A stretch of 64,000 nt of DNA from Trichoplax adhaerens (GCF_000150275.1 NW_002060947.1:7859880-7923879); one strand, 5' to 3'; shown: positions 1-13,900, counted from the stretch's first letter. Made by a program: numbers and translations. The notes: generated by a model not told the origin, from the sequence alone.

Positions 1-798
1 ATAATTATGACGTTTGATATCAGAGTGAAAAATTGTTAAATATTTCTAGTAAATAACACCGGAAGATGTGTACGATAAAACTGAGGGCTGGTTTTAATTC
101 ATTATTACAGTAAAGAATATCGATAGAAATATATTAATGAAATATATATTTGTTATGTCGTTTAGAAAAACAATAATTATGATACTTGGTATTAGAAGAA
201 AAAATTGGTAAATATCTCGATTGCATAACGCTACAAATGAATAAATATTTCTATCTTATGACTCTGCAAGGTATGCATTACAAAATTGAGGACTGATCTG
301 AAGGCCATTAATACTGTAAAGAACATTGATATAAATAAATTGATGAATTACCGTTCAAAATTTCGTAAAATTTTTGAATAAAACAATAATTATGATAGTT
401 GATATTAGTATGAGAAGTTATCGTTAAATAATTCTATCCTATAGCTCCGAAAGATTTCAGTATAGTAATATCGATAACTGAATTTGTTAATCTTGTGCTA
501 GGAAAGTGCTATTCGGTAGCAACAAAAATAAATCCCTGTTAAACAGTAGGCAAAAAAAATAGGCTATTACGGCATTTATCATTTAGACTAAAATTTGAGG
601 CGGATGATGATCACATAATTTCATCGCATTTCATGAAGATTAACGAATAAAGTCGATAAATACTATCGATTTGATCTCATTCTATCATTTTATGCACATA
701 CTAATAAATCATCCGTGACTAATTCTAGATTGAATCAACACCATCGCAGAATTGTATCGTGCTATCTTTAATTATGATTGAGAATAAAAAATACAAAC

Positions 799-2439
799 AT
801 TGACTGCTTGATTGGAATTATTAAATATAGCACAGTTTTGCCAAACTCTCCAGTTCCACGCATTGCGATAAGTATCTAGAATCGTAACTACATCAATCAG
901 ATCCGAGTAGGCATCCGAAGTCATAAACAGAAATAAAATATTGGGAATTAGTTAATGAGAACAAATAAATGCAATATCTCAGTATTGTTTTATATACAGA
1001 ATTTCATGACTGAAAACTTAATTCAGGAAAGAAAATATGTACAGGATAATGGGCTTAAAATGATGTTAAAATTGCAAGAGTACCTAATACAATCACAATC
1101 GTTTAAATTAAAAATGTAATTTTCATATAATAAGGAGAAAAATGATCATCTAGTACAACACATTTAAACTGATTGCAAGAACCTAAGCAAACATACACCT
1201 TAAGTATACTTGAATACATTCGTAAAAGTAGAATTGTTCATTTGTGCGTCTTACTTAATTGATATGAGATTAACTCAATGTTAATTTATAATTTTGACTG
1301 TTCGCTTTGCGACATAGGAGTATCTTACTGACTAGTATAACAATCCACCACATCAGTATCTTTAAAGCTTAGATTGAACTGTATTAATCAATAGAAGATG
1401 ATTTGAGGAAGTGATTTCAGTAGAGAGATCCGAAATTCATTTCTGTTATCATCAACAAGCATGTTGATAATGCATTTTACAAACAGTAGGTTTACAACAT
1501 AGACGCCGTAGGTATTAACATCTTAAGCTCTCCTATTGGAAGTTGGAAATTTAGTCACCAATATACCGCATAAGTCGGCTATTTAAGCTGAATACTTTAT
1601 GGTAATAGCGTATGAATAAGGGTCTTTTAGTTATTGTAATCCAGTAATTATTGCTAGTAATTTATTCTTTACAAGCTTGATGCAAAACTCACTAGGTACA
1701 TGTCTTAGGGCATATCTGTATACTGCATGTATAAATGTAGTTGCAGTAATAGGTAAGAGAGTGAATAGTAAAGATCTTCTAATACAGCAATCGAACCTAT
1801 TTGCATTTATCTATCCTATAGCTTGTTGCGTAATGAGCGGAAGGAATTGAAGAAATGAAGATTGAAAGCTCAGTACAAAGTTCTAAGAATTGTTAGGTAT
1901 TATCTGTGAGCTAATATCGTAGTAGTGCATGCTATAGCTTCAATAAAGGGCGAAATGAAGAAATTATAATATCTCAAGCTCTTTCAAGCAAACTAAGCAC
2001 TCCGCTAGTATAAGATGGATCCTAATTGCTACAGATTTTATCCCCAGAATTGTAAATAAGAGAATAAATGGAAATAAATATCTGTTGTCTCTCATTGTTT
2101 CAATTCTTAAATTCGGCATGTGCAGTAAATATATTTTGAACTCAGCTTATCACTAAGTCACTATTTCTTTAAATATGAAAATTAATATTTAAAGAATAAA
2201 AGTAATTTTCATGATACATTCAATAGCTATCATTAACCATACTAGATATAACATAAGCTGTACTGATTTTATGAATCTTATAAATGTCGTTTATATCTCT
2301 AATTTCATTTAATCCTATATATACATAAAAGCAATAAAATTCTTGATTAGACTAAAGCTATATCACCTTGATCAGCTTCGGATAGATCAAAATGCAACAT
2401 AAATACCAGATTCAGAGCTAGAACTGTTGAAATGAACAT
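799..2439 (-). CDS. Eph-like receptor paralog C, 5' part only (signal-peptide exon and first LBD exon); gene continues beyond the left edge
   Basis: Exon 1 2439-2367 encodes MFISTVLALNLVFMLHFDLSEADQ+G|GT (signal peptide, phase 1). Exon 2 887-799 encodes VTILDTYRNAWNWRVWQNCAIFNNSNQAVN|GT. Same exon phases and motifs (xDQ/EQ|V-x-L-L-D-T...W-x-x-W-Q-x-C) as paralogs A and B and the Eph N-terminus (EEVLLDT...LGW). Not in the ORF track because the exons are short. Confidence 0.8.
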
Positions 2440-4902
2440 CTTTCTTGCCTCTACATCAACTTCAAGTGTTAAAATGGCGTAAATTCCAAAGAAAAGGTAG
2501 AAGAATGTTCCAAGAACTTAAATCCTACAGTATATCCAAAAATCTTTATAGTGATTGCATTTTCTACGGATCTATTGTCTAAAAAAAGTTCTTTCTAATA
2601 TAATATAGGTTCGGTATAGCACACTTTAAACTGTAAAAGAAGTTTCACAGCTATAATACAGCTTTTCAAATGAGAAGATATTAACGGTATCCTATCCTAT
2701 GGAATTCTATCAATATTAAAGCACATTTGATTGGTAGTACTATTTATAGATGCAATCTGACATCACTAACCCCGATCTACCGGATAGAATAGAAATATAC
2801 TTGCAAATTCATACTGTATGCAGTAATTGGATTAATGGTGGTATTAATTATTATTTTAGACATCGATTTTAACGCAATTATACTATAATTAAATTAGTAT
2901 TTCAAATTGAAAAGAATGTTACTTTAATGGTATATATATGCGTACAGCAACTTATTATTGGTATTCTTGGCTATCGACCATGTTATTTTATTGTACTATT
3001 TACAGTAACCTAATTTTAGTATTTTGCATTTTTTTACTGCATTTTTAGTGATAGAGCAAAGAAAAATGTTATAAAAAAATTTGGCTACCGGTTTGATGTC
3101 TATGAATATTACAGCTAAGACATTATATTTAAAATCTTGAAAGCATAGAAGAGATTGGATAATAACATTCGGTTGAATAAGCAATGTATGATCCTAGTCG
3201 TAATATAATCGATAAAATAACACTATTAATTGGCAGAGAGGGCTATGTGACTTGTCACTGCAGTTATTGATAGGTTGACTAATATAGCTCTAGAATTATA
3301 ATTCAATTGAAGGCGGCAATCACATATAGAACTTTTTCCATCAGAAAAGAATACAGTGCAAGAAAAATAAGCTGTTTGCATGAAGTTTGGAGCTGTTATT
3401 AGTTATAAGATTCGATGATTAATATGAAGAAACTTTTTAAAGGTAGAACTATAAAAATCTCATATTCCTATGAATAATTTTCATACCCTAGATAAAAATT
3501 TCATTTGCATCATCCTGTGTTTAGTAGATATTTTGATAATGTTCCATAATCAAATAAAATAATGGCTGACTTCTTATAACATAATCAGCACTTTACAGTC
3601 AGAGCTTTTATATCATTTTAAGGAATACACTACTCTATTACATCTACAGTATGTGCAATGTATTAGTCAATCCAAGAAGGCTATCCAATAAAATGGCATA
3701 AATAATATCTATTCATCATACTATTGATCGGATTACATTGAATGACAAGATTTCGTACTCATAGTATTGATAGATTCATTAGTTTGGTAAGATATAAGTA
3801 CTAATTTAATAAATTAATTAAAATGAAAATTCTACAGATTGTTAATGATTAGAAAGGTAGGTGAGATTAAACCATCACAATCCTTTCATCACAAAACTAG
3901 TCAATTCATAGTTAATTTACGTAAATATTACTTATCACTTAAATAATATTATAAAACTGTAGTTATCTATGAAAGAATGTATAGCGTATAGATAGCGGCA
4001 TTTTTAATAAATACTAAAGTACCCATGCATCATTTGAAGTACAGTAAATAAGACAAGTATTAGTAAAGCCCCTTCACGACAAATATAGTTAACCTTTACT
4101 TCTTTTCTTTTTAGCTACTAATCTTATATGCCCTACTTGATGACAGTTTATATGCTGATCCATATGGACTGCTTTTAACCATAAATTATTATAGCGTACA
4201 ATAAAGAACTTAGTGAATTTTCTTGATAAAATGCACTGGTGCTAGGTGTGTCAGAGATGATCGTTACTAACGTATATCTTCATGAAATTTTTTATCACCA
4301 GATGGAGATCATATTTAGATTTACTCTGTATTATAGCTTGAAGAGATTTTCCATGCGTTAGAGAAACTTAAGTATAGCAAAATTATTTATTTAATAGCTA
4401 AAAATGGCCATGCACAGTGGCAATAGTAAGAGTGGGCTATCTCATTCCTTTGGTGAAAAATGTCTTTATTGATTACCGTTTAAATAATATCCATTTTCCT
4501 ACATATATTTACATTAACTGATATTAAGAAGTTATTAGTCGATAATTATATCGATTTTTAACCTTTCGTATAGGGCCAATTACGCAATTTTAATAATTAA
4601 GATTTAAACTCAACTTGCATACTAACACTAGTATAAAGCTATTTTTAATCGTTACTTAAATAGGGTATATATCAAGTATTTACGATTTTACATCTATGGC
4701 TGATCTTAACACTTGTAAATGTCCTTAAAAACACTTTTTAATAAACGATGATAATACTATATCGTTCAAAGCACCTGAAGCCTAAGCTATTCGAGCTGCT
4801 GACGTTTCACCTTGATCATTTTGGCTAAAGTAGCCATTCATAACCCTTTTAGAATAGATAATATCCTTAATACGGTCATGAAGTGCTTGATTTTCATCGC
4901 TG

Positions 4903-7900
4903 CTATTCTGTAATTGCAAATTTCGCTGCAATGGATCTATTTAATTGAAGCCACAATTTTAAAGCGAAATCATCTGTTCATATTTATACCATGATAGTAT
5001 ATTTATGTGATATACTGTTGTCAATATCAGCTGTAATGATAAGTACCTGTTGGGTTGGGCTGCTGATCAGGTTCAATTTGAATTTCTAATTTTGGTTTAT
5101 AAACATTGCTTGCTAAATAAGACACAGTTAATTTTAAAACTAAAGGGGACTGACTATAAAAATATGCGGTAAAAAGCATTCGTACTACATTATAAAGCAT
5201 CGGATTAAGAGCGATTTCAACTACTTATTACGAATTCTAAAGTCATCAATATTTCAATTGGATGATAGCATTTACGATAGAAGCCATATCTAATTTAGTG
5301 CCAGAATGTTACTTAAACTAGAAAGACGAATTAAATGTTACCCTCACTATCCGGGCAATCATAGAATTCTCCGGAAATATCACTTAGATTTTCAATTTCA
5401 TCACAGCTAAAGAAATTTTCTCCTATTGTGGTAATTATTTAAGATTCTGATATCAATTCAATCAATTTGTTTCACCGTATCGAACTGCTTTCAATTACTG
5501 TATACCTGCTTTTTTTGCAGCAATTTTTCGACGTAACTTGAGTATTAACAGTTTTTGGCGAGCTGTTAATTTTATGCTCTTGTCTTGGGAACCTATTAAG
5601 TTAATTAATATTTTTATTAGCCAAATAATATGTTATGATGGTGTTTAAATTAAAGATTAATATTTTTACTCAGATATTATACAAGTCGATGGAAGTAGTT
5701 TAAAATTATCTTTTACCCGATTCATTTGCTTTAACTTTCTTATAGAGATTTCTGAGTATTTGTTTTTGTTGTTGCGATAACGTTGGCTTTTTATATGCCT
5801 GATCTAGAATAAAGAGTAGTGTATGATCCATTTCTAATGGTAATTGCTAATAAAATATTGTATCATTTATGGCATTAGTTTTGTTTGCTTTTCCTGATTA
5901 TTACAGGTCTTCCCTTTACACTTGCAAAATTTCTTACCTTTTGTAGCTTTCCTTTGCTCCATCAGTTGTGCAGCTATAAGTGAACATGAAGTAGCTATCA
6001 AATATTTGTATTTTATTTCGTCAACTTTCGGTATCTTTTAGAATTTATGTAAAAAATCTTCTCTTATATAAAAATAGTTATGTTAACAAATTATATCAAT
6101 TCGAAAAGATTTTTTAGCGGTAAAATGGAGTAATTTCTATCGGATCCAACCTCGTGCAATAGATTCATATGCTGGTGGTAAATCTATAATAAAAATTTTA
6201 AAACCATTTAAGCCTGCTCACTTTAACATATCAATAATTAGTGATCAAGACATTTGGTAGTCAAGTAAATTTTCTGAAATACCTCTCGTGTTTTCTTTCT
6301 TATGTTTGCTAGACAGTTGTTTATGCAGTGATTTTCTCTCATCTGTAAATAGAAAAGAAAAGGATTTATTCGTACTTAAAAATAGCAATTATCTCATCTT
6401 TATTTAAAATAGGATATTCTAGCGATCTAGCGATTGGTTAGGATGAAATTAAGCAACATTTTCTTCATTAATTTTTATTTGTGCATCATTCCACAATATT
6501 GCATGGCAATAGCTATCAATATTACCGTAATATTCATGCCTTCTTGAAACTCGTGCATGGTCGTCACAATCTTTATTAGGTGAAATTATAATTATAACGG
6601 TAAACAAGATTAATCAAACAGCTATAACTTATCAAAAGCTATTATGGATTACGGAAATCTTGAAACTTTATATTGCAAATCGCAAGATTGAATACATAGC
6701 TAAAATTAATTAAAAGTTAATGGAAGCTGTAAAACTAGATTGCAAATCATCTTGATTTTCAATCTTTGATCACTGATTTTGAGCAATAAATTAACACCTA
6801 TATGAACTCGATATCGTTGTTTCTCATCAGCTGAAAATGATCTGCAATTATTAAAGATCATAAAATTTATTAAGTAGTCAGCCAGGAACTCATTACGCAA
6901 TATCTTTGCTAGATGCAAATCTTCTGCTGATATTTTAAATTATACATTATAACATAAGATCTAAAACAAAATTAGCATCTGCTTTATTATCAGAACATAC
7001 CGATCGTAATATCGATCATCATATCGATCTCTAATGCTGTCTAGGGATCTTCGACGCCGCCTTCTATATTTTGGAGAATTTCTTCTTCGTGAACTGCTAT
7101 AATCTAGATACGGCAAAGTAAACCTTATCAAAAAGATTAGAAACTACAATTTTTAATTAAAACGGACAAGATTAAATTATTTATTTCTCATACACAATGA
7201 CTAATTTTATTTTCAAAAGAATACTCTGTAAAAAAAATTGTTCGCTCAACATTTCTAGGTAGACATTTTTGCAGTTAATTTTAAATCGATTATTTCATAC
7301 AATCAGATCCACTGTAGTAACGATCTTGACGTGAATATCTCCCTCTTCTTCGTCTATGTCTATAACCTGAGGAAGAATAGCTATCTATCGTTGATGAATC
7401 ATCAGATGACGAGGAGGAAGATGATGATTTATTCTTCCTTTTGGATTTCTTCTTCTTAGATTTCTTTTTCTTTGATTCACTCTTTTTCTTCTTATTTTTC
7501 TTCTCCTCTTTTTCCTTCTTCTTTCTTTTCCTCCTTCGAGATTGATTGTCATTGTCTAAGAATGATAAATAGAATTACTGATATAAGGGTAAAATGCCGA
7601 TTGCAGTAGTAGAAGGAGTCTATTACATGGCCATTACAGATATAAATTACGTCATTTGCTAGAATATTTAATGAATTACCTAGAGCTTGGTCTTGCGTAT
7701 TTAAATTCCCGGCTAAACATATCATTAATTTTGTTAAAGTGGTAAAGAATAGAATAGTATTACTTACTAAGGTACTTTGTCAAAAATTCTGTTAGGGATA
7801 AGTACAATGTTCTGTAACTAACTTACATATTCCTGCAGTAGTAGCTTGTCCTCTAGCATGAAGGACCACTTCGTCTTTATTTTTCCATCGATATTATTGG

Positions 7901-10900
7901 AGCAAATGATAAATTACTATTAACCTGAGCATTGATATTGAAATAACTAATGCTACATAGAATTAAAGGAAAGCTGTATGCACAAAAATAAATCAATGTT
8001 TGTCAGTTCTATATACTAGTTCTGACAATTTTTACAACACATAAATTTAACCTTCCGATGAGTTGGAATTTTTATGCCGTCCGCAGCATCTGCAACAGGA
8101 TTTCGAATCTAATAAGATAGTCAAAATTTACGTCTAAGAACGTTACATATCTGCATACTTGCACTTTTAGAATACCATCGGCTTTGGTCCGAGCTTCAAT
8201 TGCCAATATAATTGATGCAACATATTACAGTAGCCAATATTTTAGGCTTACCTTTACCACCTTCAACGTCTTTTTTTTTTCTACATTTTGTGCAGCAAAA
8301 TAATATAGCACATAGGCCACAGCAGCAGAGAACTCTGTTAATTCGTTTATCTAGTAAGACATGAAGAAAAAGCAACGTCATGATCGATTTCAGCTATTTT
8401 ACTGTATATGCGAATTATTGTGGATTGAATAACGCAAAATAAATATTATTTATGTAGTACAATTTCGGTAATAATACTAATCAAAGATTAAATCGAGAGA
8501 ATATAACCGTATTGGCTATCTTGTAAATTACTAACATTGGTTACCTTATCGATTAACTAGAAAGGTGTCAACAAGATAAGACTATGATATCATCTATCAA
8601 ATGAATGTAGTAATCGAGAGAATATTGGTATTATTATTATGGTACGGTACTGCCTACCAGTATATCGTAATTTTAACTATCTTATTCTACTACTAATGAG
8701 TAATAATTGAATTATTATTTAGAAAAATATGGCAAATTACTATATTCTATCTATCAAAGTCTTTAAATATAAAGAACTCAGAAAAATGAAGATTATTATA
8801 TCATCTATAAATGAATGTAGCTATCAAGATAATGCGGTATTGCTATTATTCTGGTACTATTACCAGAATATCATAGCTTTGGCTATCTTATTCTATCATT
8901 AACTAAATAATAATTAAACAATTAATCAGAAAAATGCGGCCAATTGATGCATTCTGTCTATCATGATCTTTATAATTTTATACCACCTATACCATTAATT
9001 AGCAATTTAAATGAAGATCACATCCATAATACAGTACAACACTTCATGCGTCCTACTATTATGATACAGCGTCTGTAGAATTAGTTTATTATAATCAGAT
9101 TAGTCTAATCTCCTTCATATAATACTATATTTACTTACAGTTACGCATTTTCATGCATAATTTTGGTAGTGCCTTTACTAAGATGGTGAGATAAAGCAGA
9201 TGTAAAGTTAACAATATCTCAAAATTAAAGATGAAATTAATGTTTACAATGCCAGTTATCAACCCCCAGTATGATATTATTAGGAATACAGATATGTGTG
9301 AGCAGTAATATCTCAATAGCATTACTTTGGTATGTCAAATTGATGCAATAGATTAGGTATAATTACATTTATCGACAACGGCGATAATTTTTCCGGCACT
9401 AACTCCGTCCCTAAAATTTATTTCATTTATTATAATTTTATATCTTAAACAGTTTCAGATTGAACTTGATTAAAGTTTTAAAACATAAGAAAAATTAGAA
9501 GCAATAATATGATATTAAATAGAGAAAGATTGATATAGATTCAGATAAAAGTGAGGTCGATTTAATTAGACTCTATCCAGTCTTTCTACACTAACTTAGC
9601 CATCATGCCAAACTTCAGAGCAAAAACTCCTAAACCAGTAGCTACAGCTCCTCCGGTAACACTTCCGATAACTGAAGATGTGGTTCTATCTCTCTCATAA
9701 ACTAGATGAATAACGAAACAAAGTTAATTATTGAGATAGAAAAGATTCATTCTTAATCAAAATGTGGACTGTGGCTATAATTTAGGATTCACAAGCTTTT
9801 TATTTAGCTTGAGGCTCAATTATAATGATTAATACTTACGTATTTGCTTGCACTATTACACTAAGTCCTAAATTTATATTGTAGTCCAGTGCAGTACGTA
9901 CTCAAGTTGATCGTATTATTATGTCCTCGTTAATTTATTATACTTTCGTATATCTTAGTATTAGTATTAATAAGACTTGACGTCACTTCTCTACAACTTA
10001 TGATAACTGTTATATTCAATTGATTTCCATATTAGGGATTATTACTGGTTATGTTCACCATTTTAGAGATGATTACCGTCGTGAGATTATGTTTTGAAAT
10101 ATATTTACTGTTGTCGTGGTTTTATTGGCTTACCTTACAAGTATAGAGTATTGATGTATTAACTGTAATGGTATAAAAAGGAGATACGATAGAGAAAAAA
10201 GGGAGACTTCGGCTTATGTTAAATTTGAATAAGTCATTAAGTTACTGGTTGGTAACGTGATAATAAAGGAGATTTTTTTAAGTTTAACTTGCAGTCGTGA
10301 CAATAACAATAAACTAGACTTTAAATTGCTACGCTAATAGCAAAGTAAGCAATTTCATTCCGAATAATTATACCGAAAGTTACACCATGGAAAAATGCGT
10401 AATAAATCTTTGATTGCATGCAGTATGAACTCGGATAGATCAGCCGATTATATTAAAAGGTAATCATGCTACCTGTTACATTCCGTGTCACACTTGGAGG
10501 GCCAAATGTTCCATGAACAGTTGCTGCTCTGATCTAAAGATTATTCAACATTTTGAAGAATTTAAATTTCAGGAAAATTCAGAAAATTTCAGTTCAAGAG
10601 TGGTTTATCACGCTCTATTACCTACCGTGACATGAAAGACTGTTCGAACAGGTAAAGTACTAATATTATAGAATAAAACGGTATGATCTACTTCGACGAT
10701 AACATCTTTTTCAAGATCTTCTGCAGTTGCATTAAAAGCTTCTTTTAAGCTAAACATAATCAAATATCGACGAATAGCACCATTTGGTAATGTAGGCGGC
10801 TTCCAAGATACATGAACTAAGGGATTTCCCTTTTTGCTTTGGGTTTTCACTTTCGTTGGAGGACCAGGAACTACAAAATAGTGAAAGCCATGCATTTTTA

Positions 10901-13900
10901 CGGATAATAAGGGAAATCATAAATTCTTAGTTTACCTACACTACATCAGTAATAATGCAATAGTTTATTTTAATGTATCCTATACTACATGATTTTCTTT
11001 TTCATTTACCGCCATCTAGTGTCCGAAAGATTACTGTTTCACAAGGTGTCTTTTTCTGTTTACCATCTACGATATGAATCCATGGCACTACTCGTAATGC
11101 ATAACTTGTAGCTGGTTTCAAGTTAGTTACCATTAATTGCTTATCTAATGTAATGTTGGCCGTATAAACAGTATAACGACGAAAATTAATATCCTTTAGG
11201 CTACAATTAAAACATTCTAAATCAAAAGACATATTCCTTGTAATTTGTTCCTCGATGCGGCTAAATTGTAAGATTGCCGATGTATTTTTAACAGCCAAAT
11301 AGAACAACTTGCATACGGGCATTGCTATAATAAATATAGTAAAAATTATAATTAAATTCTAGTCAAATAAGATGATATAATTATGATGCCAATAGAAATA
11401 TTAAAAAGATGTTAATTAAGCATTTCCTTATAAGTTTTATAATACATGTATATATATATATATACTATACTTACTGATACACTCCCCAGATATGTGCAGA
11501 ATACTATTCTTCAGACATACGCATTCTCTGGCGCCTTTACGAATAGTTATCATGCTATTTGGACATCGTTCGCACTTTCCGGACGATGGTAATGATTTAT
11601 AATAATTAAATTTACAATCTAGAATTGAATCATTCAAAGTAAATTATCTATGGAAAAAGTGGATAAATAGCGTCACCAATATTTATAGTTAATTGCAGTA
11701 TCTAATATAAAATATTTCATTCTTCTTAGCGGAAGACTTCTATGTAGCAATAGATTTGTATCGTAAGTTTGAAATTGTATTTGGGAAAGGACATACTCAA
11801 GCATATATTTTACTATCATTAACGACAAAGAATTTAATAACTAATTTGAAGCATAATTTTATTACTAGCTGGTATTACCATCCCTGAATTAAGTTTCCAA
11901 TTACAAAGCACTATACAGTACATCTTACTAACTGGCATTATTATTTTAAAAGATTACTAAGCATCATTTTAAGACAGAGAAATTCATCATTACTAGTTAA
12001 AATAAGCTATCCTAGCCTACACTCGAGGATCATTAATTAAAAACATATTATTTGCTGAACAGCATCACAACTGGTCTATATCTCAGTATACGGATATTGA
12101 AATTATCGTTTGTTAAAAATTTTTATGCTATTTTGTCAGCTATTACGAAATAAGAACTAATATGCGATTATACTATTTACTGAATTGTATCCCAAGATAC
12201 ATCCGTATATTATTTATTCATAGCCCTAAAATTTTATAGTAACTTGTTTTTGCAAGTAAGCTATTGCCGAAAATTATTTACAATAGTTTAGATTAAGCGA
12301 AATAGAATATGATTCACTGGAAAATAAATACTACTGCTTACTGATATTATTAATCTAGCAGATTATTCGTTAGAAGATCTTACTATTTCAATAAAGTATA
12401 ACTGGCGGAATTAGGCGATGCACTTAATATGTACTTTACCAACCTTGGCAAGATACGAAAATTCTTTCCCGACCGGCATTACAAGGACAATTATTGACAT
12501 AATTTGCCCATTTACCATTAGGTTGGCATTCAGCAGTAGTTTTTAAACCATAAGGAAGATTTGTTGAAGAGCCAGAACATATCCCAGTCACTGTAATACT
12601 ACCATTCATGGCAGCTGGTGCAACTGTACGCGGAAAGAAAGCATCCGGGTAGTTCATTAATGGGCAAGCATAATACCAAACAGACACAGCTTCAATTTCG
12701 CTACATGTTCCTCTATCTTCAATAGTTATGTGCATGTTGGCTAATCTCCATTCTCTTGCAATGAGAAAAGGAATTGGAGTTTGTTGAGGTGACACATTGG
12801 AGGTATCACGATATTTATAGGGTTGTGGTATAGTCCGAATTGGTCGATCTTGATGTTGGCTTTCCACTAAACCTTTAAAAATCTTTAGAACTGCGGTCTA
12901 AATAAGAGCAAACGTATGGCATTAAATCCTTCATAATATTTACAATTTGAAGGCTGCATCTTATGAAAACATTCATTCATACAGTTATAATTAATTTACA
13001 TTATAGAACATGTAAGTCAGGACATGCAGTATTAGAGAATCAAAACAAATCGTTGCTTTATATCATCCTTTTCAATCGACAAAAATATCTATACGATTAT
13101 ATAAAATTGATAAATTAAAGTAAAAACAGATCTTACAGTGTACGAATCAAGTTTATGCATATAGATATATACTGCAGCATCTTAAGATATGGTTACCTGA
13201 CAAATGTTTCCGTCGATTGGGTCGAATAAAACGCTTGCATAGATACCTAGACCTGACGCACAGAATCGATTTTGAGGACAAACTTGTGTATTAGTATATC
13301 TGATCTTGATATAAATTTCCTTAGCAGAATTGAGTCCAAAATAGGGCGATATAAGCCATGTTCTTTGATTACGTACTTGATTACAAATGTAATAGTATTG
13401 TACAACGCCAAGTTGCTTTAATTCAAACTTGGCAAAATGAAAAATAAATAATTAATTAATTATACCGAAAGAACTGAATTAGTGATAGTACAACCTTACA
13501 ATATTACTACCGATTAACCAGTAAAAATATCTGGAGGAGTACCTACTACTGCATTTTCAGACTGCCTTGATAAGTTATTAAATCAGATATGATAGTTCAA
13601 GCAATAGAAGATAGCCAATGATTATAAATTTTGATGAAATGAGCAGCTTGTAATTATATAGTTTATCAGTGGTATACAATAAATATTATCAGATGCAAAC
13701 TCTTCGATCAATCTGGCTAAAGTCTAGTTACCGGTAATCAACAAACAACACAATGAATTTAGCACTGTGTCAATTTAAACTCTACGACAAGGAAACGTAT
13801 AGTAAAAGTCTGTAAGTAACTAGTGACTTGAACGCCCTTTTACTAAAAATTTGAACACATACAGTAAAGTACTGTATAGATAGAACTTTTAGTAGCTAAG

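Noticed and set aside
7001-8381. Independent nuclear K/RS-rich gene starting at the 8381 ORF
   Set aside because: The 8350 acceptor joins in frame to the upstream TM and 44-nt exons, and the Cys exon has a homolog in receptor B, so it is better explained as the tail of A.
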